Part shown: in pieces, positions 48,148 to 57,884 of the stretch
Numbering within the stretch: position 1 is the stretch's first letter
Layout: every line of letters starts with the position of its first letter
Source of the DNA: an uncultured Chloroflexia bacterium
GTDB lineage: Bacteria; Chloroflexota; Limnocylindria; Limnocylindrales; CSP1-4
Direction: 5' to 3'
Length of the DNA: 64,000 nucleotides
NCBI GenBank assembly: GCA_963819655.1
Contig: CAWFXA010000001.1
Coordinates: 352,001-416,000 of the forward strand
Notes under the pieces: generated by a model
The model's input: only the letters and a program-made list of their open reading frames with translations
What the model was told of the DNA's origin: nothing
Databases searched by the model: none
Made by a program: the position numbers and the translations under genes

Positions 48148-48840
48148 ATGAACGGTCGATTGAAGGTCATCGGAGTCATGCTGGCGGTCGTGGGGCTCGC
48201 CTTCATCGCGGGCGGTGGGTTCGCTTACTACAAGACGGACCAGGGAGCCAAGTCGCTGCAGGCATTCAGCGCGGCGCAGAACGTCACACTCAACTACAAC
48301 GAAGCGGGACAGCTCGTCGACCGCGGCGAGACCGAAGGCTCCGCGAAGATCATGTCGCTCCTGACCGACGACTGGGGCTACGCGGTGAACGCAGCGGACC
48401 TGAACCCCAACGACCCAGTGGTCAACACGGCCAGTGAGTACATGTATCAGATGGCGACGATCGCCTATCACACTCTGCATGGCACGACGACCGTTGTCCT
48501 CGACGAGGCCGTCACGGCTGATGACGGTACGGTCTACGCGGCAGGCACCTACGAGTTCGAGACCGATGGCCGCTACTGGACCGGCTTCGACCGGACGAAC
48601 CCGATCGAGGGTGCGGCCCGCGATCAGGTCTGGACCGGTACGGCACACTCGCTGATCGCCCAGCTCGGCGTCGGCAGCGTGACCGCCTCGGCTCTCCAGA
48701 TCGGCCTGGGAATCGCCGCCCTCCTCGCCGGCCTCGGCGCCACGTTCCTGCTCACAGGCCTCGGCCTGGTGTGGGCGACGCGACCCGAGACCGCTCGTGT
48801 CAAGGCTCCGGTCCTACGGCCCGCCACCACTCTCGCATAG
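48148..48840 (+). CDS. Hypothetical membrane protein (two TM flanking an extracytoplasmic domain)
   Basis: GAGGA SD; N- and C-terminal TM helices; strong GC3. Confidence 0.8.
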   Translation: MNGRLKVIGVMLAVVGLAFIAGGGFAYYKTDQGAKSLQAFSAAQNVTLNYNEAGQLVDRGETEGSAKIMSLLTDDWGYAVNAADLNPNDPVVNTASEYMYQMATIAYHTLHGTTTVVLDEAVTADDGTVYAAGTYEFETDGRYWTGFDRTNPIEGAARDQVWTGTAHSLIAQLGVGSVTASALQIGLGIAALLAGLGATFLLTGLGLVWATRPETARVKAPVLRPATTLA

Positions 48841-48937
48841 CGGTTGACCGGGTCTCCGACCCGGAACCCCGACCACGAACGGCGTGGGCCCTCGCGGCCC
48901 ACGCCGTTTTCGACGTTGTGGAACTATCCTCGTTCGG

Positions 48938-50101
48938 ATGGTCCATGCGAACCCCGTCGCGACGCGCAGCCTGAAGGAGGTCCAGGCTGCCCTCGATGCC
49001 GCGGTCCGGGGGATCGCCGGACTGACATCAGTCGATGATGCCTTGCAGGTGATCGTCGATCGCGTTCGACCGCTCGTCGGCGCTCAATACGCCGCGTTGG
49101 GGATCGTCGACCCCGATGGTCGGATCGAGCGGTTCATCACCAGCGGGATGGACGACGAGATGCGTCGGCAGATCGGTGCACTGCCAGAAGGGCACGGCCT
49201 GCTGGGATTGATCATCCGTGAGAACCGCTCCTTTCAGATCGCAGACCTGAACGTCGACCCCCGCCGCTATGGCTTCCCGCCGAACCATCCGCCGATGACC
49301 AGCTTCCTGGGCGTTCCGATCACGATCAAGGGTGTCTCCCTTGGCCGGCTCTACCTCACCAACCGCATCGGCGCCGAGGTGTTCAGTGACGAGGACCGGT
49401 CGCTCGTCGAGACCTTTGCCTTGCACGCCGGGATCGCCATGGAGAATGCGCGGCTGCACGAACAGCTCCAGCGACTGGCAGTCGTTGACGAGCGGGAACG
49501 CATTTCCAAGGACCTGCACGACGGTGTAATCCAGAACCTCTATGCGGTCGGGCTTTCGCTCGAGGACGTCCCCGAGCTCATGGTCGAAGATCAGCCGGAG
49601 GCCGCAGCACGGGTCGAGCGGGCGATCGACTCGATCCACCTCTCCATCAAGGACATCCGCAACTTCATCTTCGGCCTGCGGCCTGAGCTGCTGGAGGGGG
49701 TATCGGTGGTCGTCGGGCTGGCGGCATTGGCCGACGAGTACCGCCACAACATGATCGTGGATCTGGAGCTGCGCCTCCCCGACAGGATCGCCGAACCGCC
49801 ATCCGAGGTGACGGGTCACCTTCTTGCGATCGTGGCCGAATCGCTGAGCAACATCGTTCGGCACTCGGTGGCGAGTCGCGCAAGCGTGACGCTGTCGACA
49901 CTGGAGGGCGGGAGGATGCTGCAGCTGGCGATCGAGGACAACGGGATCGGATTCGATCCGACCGGAGTGGTCAAGCTTGGGCACCAGGGCCTGGCCAACA
50001 TGCGTGAACGCGCTGCAGCGATCGGCGGCACCATCACCATCGACAGCCGCCCCGGAGGCGGGACGCGGTTGATCGTCCGGGTCCCGGTTCCAGCCACGTG
50101 A
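48938..50101 (+). CDS. GAF-domain HisKA_3 sensor kinase (DosS/DevS-like)
   Basis: GHGLLGLII..GFPPNHPPMTSFLGVP; ERERISKDLHD; ESLSNIVRHS; DNGIGF; GLANMRER. Confidence 0.9.
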   Translation: MVHANPVATRSLKEVQAALDAAVRGIAGLTSVDDALQVIVDRVRPLVGAQYAALGIVDPDGRIERFITSGMDDEMRRQIGALPEGHGLLGLIIRENRSFQIADLNVDPRRYGFPPNHPPMTSFLGVPITIKGVSLGRLYLTNRIGAEVFSDEDRSLVETFALHAGIAMENARLHEQLQRLAVVDERERISKDLHDGVIQNLYAVGLSLEDVPELMVEDQPEAAARVERAIDSIHLSIKDIRNFIFGLRPELLEGVSVVVGLAALADEYRHNMIVDLELRLPDRIAEPPSEVTGHLLAIVAESLSNIVRHSVASRASVTLSTLEGGRMLQLAIEDNGIGFDPTGVVKLGHQGLANMRERAAAIGGTITIDSRPGGGTRLIVRVPVPAT

Positions 50102-50110
50102 GGCGCGCCC

Positions 50111-50803
50111 GTGTCTGAGCGTGCATCGACGCCGACAAGCCCGCTGAAGATCTTGCTCGTTGATGACCACGAGGTCGTGCGCCAGGGTCTCGCCGCGCTG
50201 CTAGGCCGCAGGCCGGAGTTCAGCATCGTCGGCGACGCCGGCACGGTCGCGGATGCCGTCGCCGCTGCTCGGCGGTTCCGGCCCGACCTCATCGTCATGG
50301 ACGTACGGTTGCCCGACGGTTCCGGGATCGAGGCGTGTCGGGAGATTCGGGCCGAGCTGCCCGACACGCGCGTCGTCATGCTGACGAGCTACCCGGACGA
50401 GGATGCCGTGCTCTCGGCGATCATCGCCGGGGCGAGTGGCTACCTCCTCAAGCAGGTTCGAGCGCGCGACCTCGTTGCGGCCCTCGAGGCCGTCGGGCGA
50501 GGAGAATCGCTGCTCGATCCGGCGGTGACAGGCCGAGTCCTGGAGCGGATCCGACGCATCGCCACGACCGATCAGACGGATGAGCTCGCCCAGCTGACGT
50601 CCCAGGAACAGAAGATCCTGCTCCTTGTGGCAGAAGGCAAGACGAACAAGGAGATCGCTGCCGACGTGTTCCTCTCCGACAAGACCGTGAAGAACTATGT
50701 CAGCTCGATCCTGGCAAAGCTGAACCTCGAGAGGCGGGCCCAGGCGGCCGCCTACATGGCTCACCTGAGGGAGACAGAACGCGACACCAACCGCGGCAGC
50801 TAG
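50111..50803 (+). CDS. NarL/DosR-like response regulator
   Basis: LVDDHEVVRQG, MDVRLPDGSG, TNKEIA..LSDKTVKNYVSSIL. Confidence 0.93.
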   Translation: MSERASTPTSPLKILLVDDHEVVRQGLAALLGRRPEFSIVGDAGTVADAVAAARRFRPDLIVMDVRLPDGSGIEACREIRAELPDTRVVMLTSYPDEDAVLSAIIAGASGYLLKQVRARDLVAALEAVGRGESLLDPAVTGRVLERIRRIATTDQTDELAQLTSQEQKILLLVAEGKTNKEIAADVFLSDKTVKNYVSSILAKLNLERRAQAAAYMAHLRETERDTNRGS

Positions 50804-50804
50804 A

Positions 50805-50820
50805 CGGGCCGATCGGACCG
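50805..50820. promoter_or_regulatory. Candidate DosR/OsdR-type palindromic box
   Basis: CGGGCCGATCGGACCG, 13/16 identical to AGGGCCGATCGGCCCT (recalled OsdR consensus). Confidence 0.45.
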
Positions 50821-50893
50821 CCTCAAGCGGCCGTTCGACTCTACGGGCGGCGCGAGCTTGCGAGCATCCTTCTTTCACACGGAGGATGCACTG

Positions 50894-51220
50894 ATGAACG
50901 AACGACGACAACGAGCCCACGCGACGGAGCGTGATGTCACAGTCTGGATCGACCATGACCAGGCGGTCATTCGGAAGGGTGGGGTGGAAGATCAGGACGT
51001 CATCGAGCACCTCGAGCGCTCGCCGACGGAAAGCGAACCTGCATTCGATCTCCGGACGATCCACGAGATCATCGATCGGGACCGGGTCGCCGTCTCGGGT
51101 CCGGCCATCGCGCGGATCGGTTTCGAGCGAGCCTACGTTTCGATGACGCACCGGCCGGATCGGCTGGTGGCTGGCGAACCAACGACGCCCAAATCGCCGC
51201 GCGATGGTGGACCGGTCTGA
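50894..51220 (+). CDS. Small hypothetical protein (VWIDH motif, baeRF-like)
   Basis: GGAGG SD; VWIDH..A...V.GP..AR..FER. Confidence 0.65.
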   Translation: MNERRQRAHATERDVTVWIDHDQAVIRKGGVEDQDVIEHLERSPTESEPAFDLRTIHEIIDRDRVAVSGPAIARIGFERAYVSMTHRPDRLVAGEPTTPKSPRDGGPV

Positions 51221-51249
51221 GAACTGCACCGATGGGCATCGCGTAACAG

Positions 51250-52521
51250 ATGCGCATCGTCTCCCCCACCGAGGCAATCGCCGGCATCACGTCCGGGCAG
51301 CAGGTCTACGTCCACTGCGCTGCCGCGACCCCGTCTGTCCTTCTGGACGCGCTCGTTGCGCGCGCGCCGGAGCTGAGCGACGTCGGGATGATCCATTTGC
51401 ACACAGAGGGGCCGGGGCCGCACCTCGCGCCGGACATGGCAGCTCACTTCCGACATCGGGCGCTGTTCGTCGGCCCGAACGCGCGGGCGGCGGTCAACGA
51501 CGGGCGGGCGGACTACGTGCCGGTCTTTCTGTCGGACGTCCCGCGGCTGTTCGATCGCGGAGCGTTGCCGCTCGACGCCGTTCTCGTGAATGCGACCATG
51601 CCCGACGCACATGGTTTCTGCTCGCTGAGCGTTTCCGTGGAGGCCATGCATGCCGCCATCCGCGCGGCCCGGACGGTGATCGTCCAACTGAACCGGGCCA
51701 TGCCCCGGACCCTCGGCGAGAGCTTCATCCACGTGAACGACATCGACCTGGCGGTCGAGGTCGACGTGCCACCGTACGAGCACATCACCGCGCCCGTTGG
51801 CGACGTGGAAAGGCGGATCGGCGAATACGTCGCAGAGCTCGTTCCGAACGGCGCGACGATCCAGCTCGGGATCGGCGCGATCCCGGCGGCAACGGCGATC
51901 GCGCTCCACGGCCATCGCGACCTCGGGATCCACACAGAGATGTTCACGGACGCAGTGGTGGACCTCGTCGAGGAGGGCGTCGTGACCGGCGCTCGCAAGG
52001 AACGCAACCGCGGCAAGATCGTGACGGCCTTCCTGATGGGCACCCGTCGGCTGTATGACTTCGTGCACGACAACCCCATGGTCGAGATGCGCTCGGTCGA
52101 CTTTACGAACGACACCCACGTGATCCGCTCGTTCGACACCATGACTGCCATCAACTCGGCGATCGAGGTGGATCTCACGGGACAGGTCGTGGCCGACTCG
52201 ATCGGATCGCGGATCTACAGCGGTGTCGGCGGCCAGATGGACTTCATCCGCGGAGCGGCGCTAGCTCGAGATGGCCGTGCCATCGTCGCCCTCCCATCGA
52301 CGGCCGCAGGCGGAACGGTCTCGCGGATCGCTTCGACGCTGGGCATCGGCGCGGGCATCGTCACGACGCGCGCGCATGTCCAGACGGTGGTCACCGAATA
52401 CGGCGTGGCCGAGCTCTTCGGCCGCAGCCTCCGAGAACGGGCATTCGCCCTGGTTGACATCGCCCATCCCGACCATCGCGATCGGCTTCGCTTGGAAGCC
52501 ACGCGGATCGGCCTCCGCTGA
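51250..52521 (+). CDS. Acetyl-CoA hydrolase/CoA transferase (Cat2-like)
   Basis: QLGIGAIP, LGIHTEM, EVDLTGQV, SGVGGQMDF, VTEYG, IAHPDHR. Confidence 0.93.
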   Translation: MRIVSPTEAIAGITSGQQVYVHCAAATPSVLLDALVARAPELSDVGMIHLHTEGPGPHLAPDMAAHFRHRALFVGPNARAAVNDGRADYVPVFLSDVPRLFDRGALPLDAVLVNATMPDAHGFCSLSVSVEAMHAAIRAARTVIVQLNRAMPRTLGESFIHVNDIDLAVEVDVPPYEHITAPVGDVERRIGEYVAELVPNGATIQLGIGAIPAATAIALHGHRDLGIHTEMFTDAVVDLVEEGVVTGARKERNRGKIVTAFLMGTRRLYDFVHDNPMVEMRSVDFTNDTHVIRSFDTMTAINSAIEVDLTGQVVADSIGSRIYSGVGGQMDFIRGAALARDGRAIVALPSTAAGGTVSRIASTLGIGAGIVTTRAHVQTVVTEYGVAELFGRSLRERAFALVDIAHPDHRDRLRLEATRIGLR

Positions 52522-52575
52522 TCACTAGACGTGCCCGACGAAGGACCCTCCTCGGCGTATAGCGGATGGCTCCGA

Positions 52576-53874
52576 CTAGCCGATCGATGGAATGGAGCAT
52601 GCGAGCGCCGTCGAACCTGCCGCCAGGGCAGCCTGGGCGACAGGAGAACCTCCCGCTCCCGACCGCGACGCCGTCGGCTCCTGGACGACGAGGGCAGTGA
52701 CCATCCCGAACATCCCGTCGGGGCCTTCGGCATGTTGGAGGATGTGACAGTGGAATGCCCATGCGCCGGGCTCCTCACAGCGGATCACCACGTCCCATCG
52801 CTCGCCTGGGTTGACTCCCAGCGTGTCGCAGGTGAACGCCGCCGATCCCAGCGGGTAGCCGTCCCGGGCCACGACCCGCATCGGCATCCCGTGCAGGTGC
52901 CAGGGATGCATCATGTTCCCCTCGTTCATGAAGCGGATCACGATCGTGTCGCCGAGCGTCGCGACGATCGGTGACGTGGCCGGGAACCCGCGCCCGTTGA
53001 TCGTGAAGCCGCCCAAGGCGTCGTTGCTGATCCAGGCGATGTCCTGCGTGGCGCCATACAACTTGTCGTAACGCAGCGCCGGATCCATCGGTTCGACGAT
53101 GAACGCTCCGAGGAGGCCGCGCCCCACCTGGTCCGTCGCGTTGTGGTGGCTGTGGTACATATGCGAGCCTGGCGTCCGCGCGGTGAACTCGTAGGTGAAC
53201 GACGCGCCGGGCTCGATCGGATCCTGGGTGATGTGCGGCACCCCATCCATGTTGTTCGGCAGGCGCTGGCCATGGAAATGGACGCCGGTCGTCTCCGACA
53301 TGTTGTTCGTGAAGACGGCCCGCACCCGGTCACCCTCGGTCACGGTCAATCGCGGTCCGGGCCAGGTTCCGTTGTAGCCCAGCCCCGGGATCGGATCCTT
53401 CACGGCGTCGATCCGGTGGTCGACTTCTTCGATCGTCAACTCGAAGACCTTGACGCCGTCCACGAGGCGGGGCTCCAGGGCGACGTTCCCTGGGTGCTCG
53501 ATCGACCCGCCCTCGCCATCGAGGAAGCGCTTCACCACCGCGAGCGCGTTGGCGTCGTGGTCCATCGCCGGCGCAGACGGCGCGATCGACGGAGCCGGTT
53601 CGTGGCTCATCGACGGAGCGGCGGACGGTGCGACCGACGCACTCGGGGCCGGCAGTCCGCTCGCAGCCGGGGCCGAGGAGGTCCCGGGCGGGTAGGTCCA
53701 GCGAGGCGCTCCGGCGACGGGCGCGCACGCCGCCACGCCGGCCGCGACGAGTCCGCCGCCGGCGGCGCGCAGGATTGCGCGGCGGCTCAGCGCGACAGCG
53801 ACCTGATCGGAATCGGACATGGTGGGCTCAGGGTGGGGACGTGCCCTGTCCACCGGTCGGGTGATGGGTTCCAT
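52576..53874 (-). CDS. Tat-exported two-domain multicopper oxidase (alternative start 53820)
   Basis: SRRAILR; HFHG, YHSH, HPWHLHG, HCHILQH...M. Confidence 0.9.
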   Translation of the reverse strand: MEPITRPVDRARPHPEPTMSDSDQVAVALSRRAILRAAGGGLVAAGVAACAPVAGAPRWTYPPGTSSAPAASGLPAPSASVAPSAAPSMSHEPAPSIAPSAPAMDHDANALAVVKRFLDGEGGSIEHPGNVALEPRLVDGVKVFELTIEEVDHRIDAVKDPIPGLGYNGTWPGPRLTVTEGDRVRAVFTNNMSETTGVHFHGQRLPNNMDGVPHITQDPIEPGASFTYEFTARTPGSHMYHSHHNATDQVGRGLLGAFIVEPMDPALRYDKLYGATQDIAWISNDALGGFTINGRGFPATSPIVATLGDTIVIRFMNEGNMMHPWHLHGMPMRVVARDGYPLGSAAFTCDTLGVNPGERWDVVIRCEEPGAWAFHCHILQHAEGPDGMFGMVTALVVQEPTASRSGAGGSPVAQAALAAGSTALACSIPSIG

Positions 53875-53959
53875 CGCCCGATGATAGGAGGGCGAACCGA
53901 CCGTAAACAGGGACCTACGGACCGTTCGGACCGGGCCGACCGGCTCGCAGCACGAACGA

Positions 53960-54297
53960 TCGGCCGCGGTCGCTGAGCTGTTGGCGGGCTACGAGATCAC
54001 CGGATTGCCGGTCGTCGATGCCAGCGACCGGTTGGTCGGCGTCATCAGCCAAACCGACCTCGTCCGACTCCGAGGATCGACGCTTCCATGGACCGGTTGG
54101 CACGGACTGATGGTTCGCGACCTCATAACCTCGCCGGCCAAGACCATCGAAGGTTGCGCACCGTTGGACGAGGCCGCCCAGCGGATGACGGCTGAACACG
54201 TCCACCGACTCGTCGTGGTCGACGGCCGCCAGATGCCCATCGGCATCTCTCCGAAAGCGACATCGTCCGCGAGATAGCTGACTGCTGCTACGACTGA
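53960..54297 (+). pseudogene. CBS-domain protein remnant, 5'-truncated and frameshifted
   Basis: ITGLPVVD..LVGVISQTDL, HRLVVVD; near 54248 the CBS motif continues in another frame as SESDIVREIA. Confidence 0.7.
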
Positions 54298-54383
54298 TCG
54301 GGATCCTGCCCGGTCAGCCGGCTGTCGCTACCTAAGTCGCGGACTCCAAGCCGCTCGACCCTGACGCGCTACTTGAGGGAGGA

Positions 54384-54411
54384 GAAGGGCCGGCCTGCTG
54401 GCCGGCCCTTC
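54384..54411. terminator. GC-rich hairpin between convergent genes
   Basis: GAAGGGCCGGCC-TGCT-GGCCGGCCCTTC perfect 12-bp stem. Confidence 0.65.
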
Positions 54412-54429
54412 GACGACCCTGGCGACGCC

Positions 54430-57400
54430 CTACGGACAGGGGACGCCGAGGTGATCCATCGATCGGCACATCACGTCGTTGCGCTCGTCCTCGGAGCGGA
54501 TGCCCTCGAAGCCGAACCCGAAGTGCAAGGTCCGGAAGGCGGCATCTGAAGGATCCATCCCGACGACCGCGCCCTCGGCGAAGCCGACGTCGGTCGTCCT
54601 GGACCAGTCGTTGGGATTGGGAGAGCTCCCGGTCGGGACGCCGGCCGGGACGGTCCAGGCCCCCAGGCCGGTCTCGAAGCCCTCGGTCGGGGCCTCCCAG
54701 CTGAGGGTTACGTCATCGAACCACGCCCCAAGGCCCTGGGCGGCCCAGTCGCTGACATACGAGAAATAGATCTCGATGTCGTGCCCGGCGAACGGCGCCA
54801 GGTCGATCGCCCAAGGCTCCCAGCCGGCCGAGCGGCCGGAATGGGCGTTCCAACGGGCACCCGCGCAGTCGGCACCCTGGTACTGGATCAGCCACGGGTG
54901 CAGCTCATGCCAGCCCTCGGGACAGCTGTCGCCGGTGCTCTGGTTGGTATGCCCGTTGGCATCGGGCACTGTCTGCCACGTGTTCGCGTCAATGTCGTGG
55001 ACCTCGACGAAGACGAAATCCCAGTTCGGCTCGGTGTCGTAGGACGTGAAGAACGTCATCGTGCCGCCCCCGCCGGGCACGGCGGCGTCGCGCTTGATCC
55101 GCTTGTAGGTGATGTCTGCGCGATCGGAGTACAGGTACTGCGTACCTCCGTGCGGCTGGAAAGCCCCGGCCACGCCGGTGATCCACTCGGCCGGGGCGGT
55201 GCTGGTGAACTGCGGATAGTCGGTGGAGTTGAGGATGCTGCTCGTCGTGATGAACGCCTCGGCGCTCACCTGGTTGTTCGCGCTGCTCCCCCCTTCCATC
55301 ACCCAGGAGGTGCCGTCGAATGGAGTCGATACCCCGTTGACGTCATACGGGTCGCTCGGGCCGGCAAGCCCGGCGTTGTCCTCGTAGACGTACGAGCCGA
55401 GCCAGTACTGGAGGAAGTCGTCGTCGGCGATCCGGCACTCGACCCGGGTCTTGTTGGGGACGGTCCCGTCACAGTACGGCGGGGTGCTGACCGGGTTGAA
55501 CGGGAAGGCCTGCGCCAACTGGACCCCGGCATGCTGCCCTGTGACGAGCAGGTTGCCGCCTTCGTTGAGGAACGCCCGGACCTCGAGCATCTCGCGGAAT
55601 CCGAGCGTCGAGAACCCGGTGCCGGGCACCTGGCCAGGCTCGCGGGTCAGGAAATCGTTGCCCGTGTACCAGAGCACCACGTCGTAGTGCCCGAGGACCC
55701 CGAGATGACTCGGTGCCTTCCGACCCATGGCGTCCACGTTGTACACGTCGTGGGTGATCCCGTTCGCATCGAGGGCCTTGGTGTAGTAGTCGAGGTAGAA
55801 GGGCCCGTTCGCTGAGGGATAGGCAGGGTCGTTCGTGGCCCCGGTGTAGTCCTCGGCGGAAAGGATGAGCACCTGGGCCGGGGTGTCCTCGACGACCGTG
55901 AAGGTGAACGACTCGCTGGTCTGGCCACCACCGGTGAACCACACCTTGACGCTGTCGCCCGGGTCGATCCCGGTGACATTGCCGCGCATGAAGCGGTAGT
56001 ACTCGTCGCCGTCGCGGCCGAAGCGGTCACCTCCGTTCCACTCCGCGGTCGTCGTCGTCTGCGCCGCCCCTCCGTTGATCGAGTAGTTGAGCGTGACCGC
56101 ATCGTTCGTGGCGCCATCGTTGTTCAGGTTCCGCTTGGCAAGCACCTGGACCGGCTGCGGATCGCCATACGAATGGGCGAAAGTCAGGTCGCTGAAGGGG
56201 TTGGACGCCTTCTGCGGGTCGATCTTCGAGACGTCGAGGTAGAACGGCTGCACGGTTGTGCCCACCGAGGACACCGGATCGTCGGGATCCAGCGCCGACA
56301 GCGCGACACTTCGCGCGAAGGGCAGCACGCGGTTGAACTCGGCGTTGATCTGCCCCTCCTTGTCGGGGAAGATGAACCCGTCCCCGGTCGGCCCCTCGCT
56401 CAATTCAGGGACCCAACCGAGCGTCCCGTGCTTGCTGTAGGCGAAGTCGTTGGTGTCGCCGTTGGTGATATACAGCTCGGCGCTGCTGATCCCGGGGTTG
56501 AACCCTGGGACGGCCGGCTGCTTGTCCGTGCCGGTGAGGGCCACGAAGATCGGGTCGTCGGCCGTCGGCGTGTCCATGATCGCGCCGAGCCCGTAGAGGA
56601 GCCATTGGCCGACCGAGTGGAAGTTGATATGGAAGGCGAAGTCCATCTGGTCGTAGAGGTCGACGATCGCCTTGGTCTCAGGCTCGGAGGCAGCGGATGG
56701 CCCCCGGTAGGTCTCGCTCGACGTCAGGGGCGATGACCCCTCGTCGTCCCAGCCCCAGTGCTCTTCGAAGTTCCGATTGGGATCGACGCCATCAAGGCCG
56801 TTGATGATCCCGTTCGAGTCGTTGTCCCGAAGGTTCTTCCTCCACAGTCGGTTGCCTTCGCTGAACGTGTACTGGTAGCCGTCCGGGTTCGAGACGAGGA
56901 CGAACCACAGCTCGGTCGACTGGAGGAGGCTGACGATCTGGGGATCGCCTTCGCGGTACCGCTTGATGTACCACTCGAGCAGCCGACGGTTCACCTCGCC
57001 GCTGATCCACTCGCGAGCGTGCTGCAACGAGTTGTAGAGGACCGCCGGCTTCTGGCCCGCGCCAAGACCGTTGCCCCCGACGGTGAGTTGGAGCGCGATG
57101 ATGTCGCGCTGAGTGTCGTCGGAGCCCCCGGGCACGCCGTTCGGATTGGTTCCCCATGTCCGCCCGATCACCTCGAGCTTGAGGAGGTCCGGGTTGGCGG
57201 TTGCGATGGCGCGGGCGTAGGCATCGAAGCCATTGGGGCCATCGTTATCGCGCCACACCTTGAAACCGGCGGTGCTCTGCTGCTTGGCGAGCTGCGTCGC
57301 GGTCAGCCCGGCGTCGTTGCGCCACAGTTGGAGGTCGACCCCCATCTTTCGCACGGCGATCCGCTCGTTGGGCTTGAGGACGAGGGTGATCCGCGCCTGC

Positions 57401-57648
57401 TGGTTGGCGAGCAATTGGATGTCGGCGACATCGAACCCCGCCTCGATGATCCGCTGGACCAGCGCAGTGCTGACGACGGCTTCGTACATGTCCAGGCGGC
57501 CGTTCGGCGTAGCCGCAGTCTTCGTCACCTGTTCGGACGATGTCGTCGACGACGTCGGGGCCGCCCCGGCGCCGATCGGCACCGCGAAGGCATTGATCAG
57601 GAGGGCTGTCGACAGGATGGCGAAGAGCGCCTTCCGACGGTCGGTCAT
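54430..57648 (-). CDS. Secreted M14 zinc carboxypeptidase with C-terminal accessory domains
   Basis: Signal peptide; HAREW, NPDG, WRKN, GVDPNRNF, SEPET, FHS. Confidence 0.92.
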   Translation of the reverse strand: MTDRRKALFAILSTALLINAFAVPIGAGAAPTSSTTSSEQVTKTAATPNGRLDMYEAVVSTALVQRIIEAGFDVADIQLLANQQARITLVLKPNERIAVRKMGVDLQLWRNDAGLTATQLAKQQSTAGFKVWRDNDGPNGFDAYARAIATANPDLLKLEVIGRTWGTNPNGVPGGSDDTQRDIIALQLTVGGNGLGAGQKPAVLYNSLQHAREWISGEVNRRLLEWYIKRYREGDPQIVSLLQSTELWFVLVSNPDGYQYTFSEGNRLWRKNLRDNDSNGIINGLDGVDPNRNFEEHWGWDDEGSSPLTSSETYRGPSAASEPETKAIVDLYDQMDFAFHINFHSVGQWLLYGLGAIMDTPTADDPIFVALTGTDKQPAVPGFNPGISSAELYITNGDTNDFAYSKHGTLGWVPELSEGPTGDGFIFPDKEGQINAEFNRVLPFARSVALSALDPDDPVSSVGTTVQPFYLDVSKIDPQKASNPFSDLTFAHSYGDPQPVQVLAKRNLNNDGATNDAVTLNYSINGGAAQTTTTAEWNGGDRFGRDGDEYYRFMRGNVTGIDPGDSVKVWFTGGGQTSESFTFTVVEDTPAQVLILSAEDYTGATNDPAYPSANGPFYLDYYTKALDANGITHDVYNVDAMGRKAPSHLGVLGHYDVVLWYTGNDFLTREPGQVPGTGFSTLGFREMLEVRAFLNEGGNLLVTGQHAGVQLAQAFPFNPVSTPPYCDGTVPNKTRVECRIADDDFLQYWLGSYVYEDNAGLAGPSDPYDVNGVSTPFDGTSWVMEGGSSANNQVSAEAFITTSSILNSTDYPQFTSTAPAEWITGVAGAFQPHGGTQYLYSDRADITYKRIKRDAAVPGGGGTMTFFTSYDTEPNWDFVFVEVHDIDANTWQTVPDANGHTNQSTGDSCPEGWHELHPWLIQYQGADCAGARWNAHSGRSAGWEPWAIDLAPFAGHDIEIYFSYVSDWAAQGLGAWFDDVTLSWEAPTEGFETGLGAWTVPAGVPTGSSPNPNDWSRTTDVGFAEGAVVGMDPSDAAFRTLHFGFGFEGIRSEDERNDVMCRSMDHLGVPCP

Positions 57649-57884
57649 GCGAACCCCCTTGGGCATAGCCCTGGTATGGGATCGGACGGCCCCCGGACCC
57701 TCGAGTCTACGGTTGGTGGGACCCCCCGGCCACGTCACCCGGATGCGAAAGGTTGCAAGTCCATATCAACGGGCGGTCGATTCATTGCGGCGGCATAACT
57801 GTGTTTCGCGGACGCACCACGCCCCACACGGGCCCGTTATCCCGGCTGCGAGGTCGACGCCGCGGACTACCGGATCGCGGCGGA

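Noticed and set aside
46435-54300. Genomic island integrated at tRNA-Gly
   Set aside because: No integrase and no duplicated tRNA 3' end seen in the window
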